DNA of 64,000 nucleotides, the filler included, from Streblomastix strix (lineage: Eukaryota): NCBI GenBank assembly GCA_008636045.1. It is 4 parts of 4 records of this genome, joined end to end, with 100 filler letters (N's around TTAATTAATTAA, not from the genome) between each part and the next. Parts side by side here need not be neighbours in the genome. Positions count along the whole stretch, not along the records: positions 48,104 to 64,000 come from SNRW01000911.1; 3 more parts are not named here. The stretch is one strand, 5' to 3'. The notes under the pieces were generated by a model. The model had not been told where the DNA came from and made no database searches. It saw only the letters and a program-made list of their open reading frames with translations. Position 1 is the stretch's first letter; each line of letters begins with the position of its first letter. Below are positions 56,901-64,000 of this stretch, piece by piece. The position numbers and the translations under genes were made by a program.

Positions 56901-57896
56901 ATTCACTACTCCATCAGGTAATCCAGATTCAGAACATATTTGCTAAAATAATAAAGATGAAAGAGCTGCATTAGAAGGCGGCTGATGATTGAAATAAATA
57001 ATATTAATAAATGATGAAAAATATATAAAGAATTGAATTAATTATTTTACTTAAACCTGCAGTATTACTGCATTTCCTTGAGTAAGTTCTGGAAGCACAT
57101 GGTTAGCAATTGAACTTATAGTATATGTCTCTGGAAGAATAACAACCACAATTCCTTTATTTTACTTTTCAAAATTAATTTCATTTTCTTAGTTAGAAGC
57201 ACTACTTGCAACATACAATGCACGAGCTAGTAATGCTGGATCGTTTGAACGGACCTTTATGTAGAATAGAATTTAATATAAGAATAAATTTTGAATATAA
57301 TAATAATAAATAAATAAATAAATAAAACTAATTGAATATAAACCTCACGTGAAAGACGGGTAGAATCCAGTGCTTCCACAGATCCTATCAACCCAGCATG
57401 TTTTTGAACGTGCCTTGAATTTATGTTTAAAAATATGAATAAATACAATATATAGTAGTAATTTATGTATAAAATATTATTAAAAGATTAAAGATAAAAG
57501 AGGAGTAATAATATTTTGGGTAGTGAACATGGGTAAAGATCAGTTAGGTAAGATGTCTTTGCAATGAAGTGTGGTTATTTTGAACAAACCTTGCAACAGC
57601 GTAAAGAAAGTGTTATCTTTCTACTGGAGTATTATTGTTCCATGTAATAAATCCCAATTTTGATCTTTGAAGTACAGCTTGAACGTCTACTGTGTTTGCC
57701 AGCATTTTTTCGCCATCTCTCGCCAACCTAATATAATTTTCGTTAGTTTTCATATAAATCAAACCAAAAGATTGTAAATCAAGAATAAATGCTTAAAAAT
57801 TAAAGAAAATGTGAACCAGCGCTACGCAGGCTCAAGATTATCAATAACAGGAGCTATCTTCAGTGCAGCGAACAATTCTGGAACCTGATATCCCAT
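53906..57896 (-). CDS. ALDH16A1: ALDH16A1-like two-domain aldehyde dehydrogenase homologue, multi-exon
   Basis: ARHVQKHA, VVFDSAAFDS, KLFIGGKQAR, KDIRNAVESA, RAQVLYYIGENLSAR, REPVGVIG and SDVPSGTVNIVTG. Confidence 0.8.
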
Positions 57897-58122
57897 TCAA
57901 ATGAAAAATATGAAATTCATGCGGAATAAAGCGATGTTGAACATCAAACTGATTCCTTCTCTTGCTATGATAGCGACATTTTATCCCTTCAATTAAATCA
58001 TCAAAATTCAGCCGAAATAAAAAATAGTGGATTATAAAAGTATATCTAATAATAAAAAGTATTTATTATAGTCGCAAAATTGTTTTTATTCAAGCAAATT
58101 ACACTGGGTGTGTTGTGAATAA

Positions 58123-59328
58123 TCAATAACCATGCAGAAGCTAATTTAGGTCCTGATCTGTTTAGAGAAAAATTAGATATAATATACATAATAATAAATT
58201 TAATATTGAAATGAGGAAATGCAAACCACTAGCAGTTGGATTCGGTATTCCAGTTGGATTCGGCATACCAGTTTGTGGCAAAGCTCCCGTAGGAACCGTC
58301 GTTCCATATTGTGGCTGTTAAAAGCAAATAAAATAATAATGAAAAAATGAAAATTTTATTGGGCTATTTAATTTATACCTGCAAATAAAGTGGTGCAGCT
58401 TATAATTCCTACTGAGTGCCAAGAAGTTGCAACTCGGCTTCTAAATCTGATTCATCGACATAAGAATCTTGTGTTTCATAAGTGCGTCCAATTATATCAT
58501 TGAAGTCATTAACTCTGTCCATCATGTCTTCCATTTAATCTCGCATTTTCTATTATAATGAATCATAACAAATAAATATTCAAAGATGTAACATGGTTGT
58601 ACTCATGTTGAAAATAAATACCTCCATCTTTTATGGATCAAGATCTTTCATTTATTAATTCATAGCTTTTGAAGCTTAACCATACATTTGCATCTGTTGA
58701 AGGAGTTAATAAACAAAAAAGTTTTAGAACTTAAAAATAATTCAAGTCAAACTACGTCAGATGCTTGTTTTGCATTTTCTGTTGCCATCTATATATTCAT
58801 CATTCCCATTCCAACATTCTATGTAAATGTATATAATAATTAATATATTGATAATATATCATATAAAACGCAAACTCTCTATTGGTTGAGAAATCCTTCA
58901 AGTCTATAATAAAGCAAAGTGTAGAAAAAAAGGGTATCCATTAACTAATCAAGAGCAAAATTTTGTAAAATTCATACTATTTGCGTTGTCTAAGAAGGCC
59001 AAGAGCTCTTGATTTCAGCATTGATTGTTGCTGTGGACTTTGGCGCATTTTTGTTGCTATATCGGCAATTTCTCGATCCAGCTACTGAATGCGTCCCATC
59101 AGGTTTGATTCACGTTGTGAATTCTATTTAAAATCAATATAGAGTAAAATAATAAGAAATTTTATGCTAAATGGCTAACCATCGCTTGATACTCAGCAAT
59201 CGATGTTTGCGGCTTAGGGTTTGACTTTCCTACAGTAAAATTATATTATTGTTATAAAAAGAGAATATAAGAATGAGTAATAAAGTCAATACGAATGAAT
59301 ACGAATGAATACCGAAGAAGTGCGACAT
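58123..59328 (-). CDS. CHMP5: ESCRT-III SNF7-family protein, CHMP5/Vps60-like, multi-exon
   Basis: MSHFFGK, RIQQLDREI, LKSRALGLLRQRK, IIGRTY and DESDLEAEL. Confidence 0.8.
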
Positions 59329-59634
59329 TGTAAGAATTAAGGCCTTGTGGAGACTAAAAAAATGCGACATTGTAAGAATTAAGGCCTTGTGGAGACTTAA
59401 AAAAAACGAATTCACCAGTTAAATAATAGAATTATAATTTTTTTTCATTAATGGATATTTATTTTAATTATTTTTTGAACAATAAAAAATCAAAAATTAA
59501 TTTCTAAAAAAAATATGATTGACTATTAACAACCTGTCATTTCCCTTATCTGCGTATAAATATGTTTGTTTATTTACAGGAAAATGAAAAATAAAACAAT
59601 CCCAAACAATATTTAAAAGATGATATTAAACTAT

Positions 59635-62600
59635 TCAATTGCTATTATGCTCTTCTTGAGTCAATCCAGGAGGAGGGAGCGAATCTCCAAAGGTCTGATT
59701 ATAATTGTACTAAATATAAGACTGTTCATTTGTATCAGGACTAACTGTATCAGAATCAATAAGACCTGGAGGGGGCTGATTTGATGATGATTATGATTTA
59801 GCAGAATGAATGCGAGGATGAAGATGTACATGTCTGTGTGCAAGTGCTCTACGTAATGAATGTACTTAAGAACTTGGGAGAATCTTTGAGGGTTTCAAAT
59901 TTCGCTCCTTTTTTGCTGTTGCATTATTTTCTTCAGCTTTTTTGGTATCAATTTCTTTTATAGTAACATTCATATTTGCTGCTTTTGTTTAATTATATGT
60001 TGGTTATTACTCTTATTTAAAAGATGGGGTTTGTTATTATTGATCAATTTGAATCAAAGATTGTGTGCTTTATTATTAAAGCGGGGAAGTTTGTATTAAA
60101 TTGTCATTCCTTAATGTAATTTGAGTTTAATTTTAATTTAAGTTTGAATAATTATTTGTAATTTTATCTTACTATGTATTAGATTTTCCATCATTATTCA
60201 AATTATTACTAAAATTGGAAAAATTATAATTATTTGCAGAATTCAGGAAAAATGGTGATGAATTACTTTCTACAGATTAAGACAGTATATGTTGAATTGA
60301 AGAAGATTAATTGAAAATACCATCAATGTTAATCCTATTTTTATCATTTAAGTAATAAGATGGAGATTATATCAATAATGGTGATTATGCAGTGTTTAAA
60401 TGTTATTAAGTCGGAGATGAAATAGAAAAAGATACAAAAGAAGAATTTGGAGAATAAGAAGGAGACTATGAGAGATATGGAAGATATGGAAGATTATCAT
60501 TTTTATCCAACTTCGCTAAATATTCATCCAATGATGAGAGATCGTGAAATTCATGTGAAGGCGAAGAGTGAAAATTGAATTGATCTGAGAAATCTAAATC
60601 AGCCAAATTAGTTTCATTAGTCTCAATGTTTTGACTTGAATGTATGTTATCATAAAAAGGTGCGAATGAAAGATCTAAATAAGAAGAAGGTGGAGGAGGT
60701 GAAATTGAATCAATTTATTAACCTTAGTTTGTGAATAATCCACGATTTAAGAAATCGAAATCATTTGTATTGTTGTTTATTTTTCCTTCTTCTTTCTTGA
60801 TTTAATCTTCTTCTGAAATTTCTTCTCCAAAATGTTTGAAATTAAATTTATTTTTCTCTTTATCATCAGTTTAGAATTTTCCTATTTATTGTTTTTCCTT
60901 TTCCTAATTTATATTTTCATTCAAGATCATTTATATTTATAGTTTATTCTCTTAATTCTAAAACGGTTCTATGTTTGTTTGTTATTATTATTATTATTCA
61001 TTATCTATAAACTATTATTTTAATAATTAATCTTCTTGTTTTATATCATTTTATTAAATAGATAAAGAAGAATGAGGAAATGAAGAAGAAAGATGAAATG
61101 GAGAAGGATTTGTTTGCTGTATTTGTGAAGGAATTATATTTTCTTATTAAAGTTTGTCTTATGTTTAATACGAAGGAATAGAATATTATTAAGAAAGAAA
61201 AGAAGAAAAAGCAGAATTTGCATTTTTATTTGGTGGATGTTGATTATTATAATTGGATGAAGGTGATAATGCTTCCTATAATCTTTTCTGTATCTAAGGA
61301 GATTGAAGAAGACGTTATTATTATTCGTATTTAGATTCTTATTATTATGTTAAAGAAAATAATAAAAATGAAGATGATGAAGGAGTTTATTATTGTAATG
61401 CATTATTAATATTAGTACTAAACTTCAAGAGTTCATTTGCATTTGTATTTGAATTCGTGTTAATATCTATAATCGATTATTTTTATTCTTACTATTAAAT
61501 CTATTCTTATAATTATTATATTTTTGGTGGTGATTTTTGTTTTTGCAAAGGAGGAATTTAAAATGGATATGGAGGAGGAACTTATTGTTTTATTTCTTTT
61601 ATATTCTGATCTTTATTTGTTTCCTAATTTAATTATTTATTCTCCATTTATAATATTTCATCTTTCACAATTAATTACTGATGTTATTGTAATAAAACTT
61701 ATTATTACTTCTCTAAATCTTATTTCTTCTTCTTTGGAATAAACAGTTTATATTGTTATGCATTCATTTAAGATGAAGATTGTGAATGTGAAGGAGATGA
61801 AGGATGTTATGTAGTGGATTTATACGATTAATGTTTATTATCTTATTTCACTATTGTTTATTCATTCTTATCTTTAATTATATTTTCATTAAGTAAATTC
61901 ATGTTGATGTTATTATTGATGATATTATTAGAAGGAATAGTTGTTAGTGGAGATTGAAATTGTTGCTACTGTTATGAAAGCGAGGATTATGATGAAGAAT
62001 TAATTGTTGAAATTGGATTAATAAAAGTATTTTAATTCAATAAATCTATTTATTATATTTTTTATTACTAAAATATTTATTTTTTATTATTATTCATTTC
62101 ATTATTCGCATATATATTTAGTTATTATTATTGTGGGTTGAATGAAGAGAAAGATGATTATTATGATTGTTTTTAAAACAATTATTATTAATTTTGTTAT
62201 TACAAAGGCTAAATTTGCTATTATATTTATTATTGTTATTATTATTACTATAATAAGAAAGTTTAATTGTTAATTTTCTATTAGTTTTTGAATTAGTTAT
62301 AAGAAGGGAGATAAGGAAGAGGAAGAGATGGAGAAGGTTAATTAGAAGAATGATTGGAATGAGATTTAGATGATTAAGTTAATGAAGATGGAGATTATGA
62401 AGATACCGGGGGATATTAAATTGATTATTATTATAATAACTAAATGGATTATGATTATTAAATAGATTATTATAATAATAATTAAATAGGTTATTGTTAT
62501 TATGGAATAGGTGTAATATATGGTATTAATGTTTATTGTTTTTAAGAAGATGATGAAAATATTAATGGATATTATGAAGTAGTTTGTTATTAAGTTGATT

Positions 62601-62818
62601 ATGATAATAACAATTATTATTATATATTATCTGGTATTATTTAATTTGCTTATAAAGGAAATGATGATGATTGTTTTATTGATGATAAAGGTGGATAAAT
62701 TGTTGGTTATTGGGTTTATGAAGTTACTGAAGGTAGATTGGACGTATTAAATTATTAATTATTTGATAAAAGTTGTTATTATGTTTGAGTTTTGATTGAA
62801 TCTTATTATAAGTTTTAC

Positions 62819-62915
<97 letters not shown>

Positions 62916-64000
62916 GTTAATTAAATTAATTATTTTATATTTATTGTTTATTTTATGTTGATACAAGAATAGGAATGAATGAATTTTAATTTAATTGGGT
63001 TTCAAGAAATGAGGGAATTTATTATTATGTTTATGCCAATGATTATACTTGTATTTAAGAAGATTGAGATTAAGATGAAGAAGATGATGATGATGAAGAA
63101 GAAGAAGAAGACTATTATTATTATTATTATTCTGTATGTGATAATTCTGAAGTAGAAGCATTTGTATCAAAATAAAGATTTTGAGGATTAATATATTAAA
63201 TATTTGAATTATTATTTGTTTCTCCATTTACCTTCTTCTTTTTTATTTCAGGAGTGAATAAATCAAAGTTAAGTCTATTGTCCTTTATTTTATTTAGATG
63301 ACTATTGGCTTCATTACTGTTTATATCTCCAATATCATCATTGCTTCTCTTTCTCAGAAAAGAAGGAGAGAAAGATTGAACTGAGAATTATGGAGATGGA
63401 ACTCAATGATTGTAGGAATATGAAGATGAAAATGAAGATGTCGATTTGGTCTTTGAATTGTCATTGTCATTTGATTTCTCATTTGAATTGTTACTTGATC
63501 CAGTTGCTGAATTATCATTAGAATGTTAATGCTAATGAAAGTGATGATACTCATTATAATTAGATATTGAAACTGATCGACTCAATTCACTTCCATCCCA
63601 TTGTTATCCAAATGCATTTAATAATGAATCTGCTGATTTAACTGATGATGGAGATGAAATAGTTGTTTCTAAGGTTAATTATGAATCATGTGAATTAGAT
63701 GTTAATTAAGTCATTGATAATCTATGCTTCTATGGTGTTTATTAAGACTATTATAATTATTTTGAATCTAAATCTAAATTTGAAGGATTAGTATCAGGAG
63801 ATTGGGATTATATAATTGAATGTGGATGATCCATTAATTACTAAGATTATTATTATTATTATTATTATTATTGTTATTATTATTATCTTTCCCTATTTTA
63901 TTTATGTCTCATATCTCTTACTAATTCTCTTTCTCTTTCTCTCTCTTATTCCATTCTTTATCTTTCTCTTTATCTTATTGTATATTCAAATAGATTATCC
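59635..64000 (-). CDS. Large low-complexity Q/S/N/P-rich protein (5' end outside window)
   Basis: Long minus-strand code-6 coding-like region ending ...LPPPGLTQEEHNSN then TGA. No domain recognised. Confidence 0.6.
62821..62913 (-). repeat. (TAA)31 microsatellite encoding polyglutamine
   Basis: 31 TTA units on the + strand, in frame with flanking sequence PILVST...NLPSVTS when TAA is read as Gln. Confidence 0.8.

Noticed and set aside
62724..62966. Poly-Asn ORF in the ORF track
   Set aside because: Most likely the wrong frame; the flanks read better with TAA as Gln.

Overview
This is AT-rich eukaryotic DNA made of four unrelated contigs (1-15944, 16045-31981, 32082-48003, 48104-64000) joined by artificial N/TTAATTAATTAA linkers. 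Genes only make sense if TAA and TAG encode Gln and TGA is the sole stop (translation table 6), so the supplied ORF track misses almost all of them. This code plus many short GT-AG introns suggests an oxymonad such as Streblomastix (inference). Host genes include an SH3-SH3-kinase, TTLL12-like, CCDC42/CFAP73-like, DCAF13/SOF1, ALDH16A1-like, CHMP5/Vps60, an alpha-tubulin pseudogene and a polyQ protein. The main discovery is two related, intronless, code-6-adapted endogenous Polinton-like DNA virus elements. Contig 3 carries a protein-primed DNA polymerase B (pPolB) with putative terminal-protein/vOTU and an HNH insert, an A32-like ATPase, a probable major capsid protein, two phage-type fibres, an adenovirus-pVI-like amphipathic peptide and an HNH nuclease. 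Contig 2 carries a pPolB remnant, an rve integrase, a Prim-Pol/SF3 helicase flanked by repeats, and an unexpected poxvirus-A22/RuvC-like Holliday junction resolvase. The two elements share a 41-54 aa micro-gene and a TTATTTTT 3'-end signal that becomes a palindrome between convergent genes. Also present are a hAT-type element carrying WD40 gene fragments, a decayed Sola2-like transposase and a foldback MITE. All translations were done by hand; coordinates of intron-containing genes are approximate.
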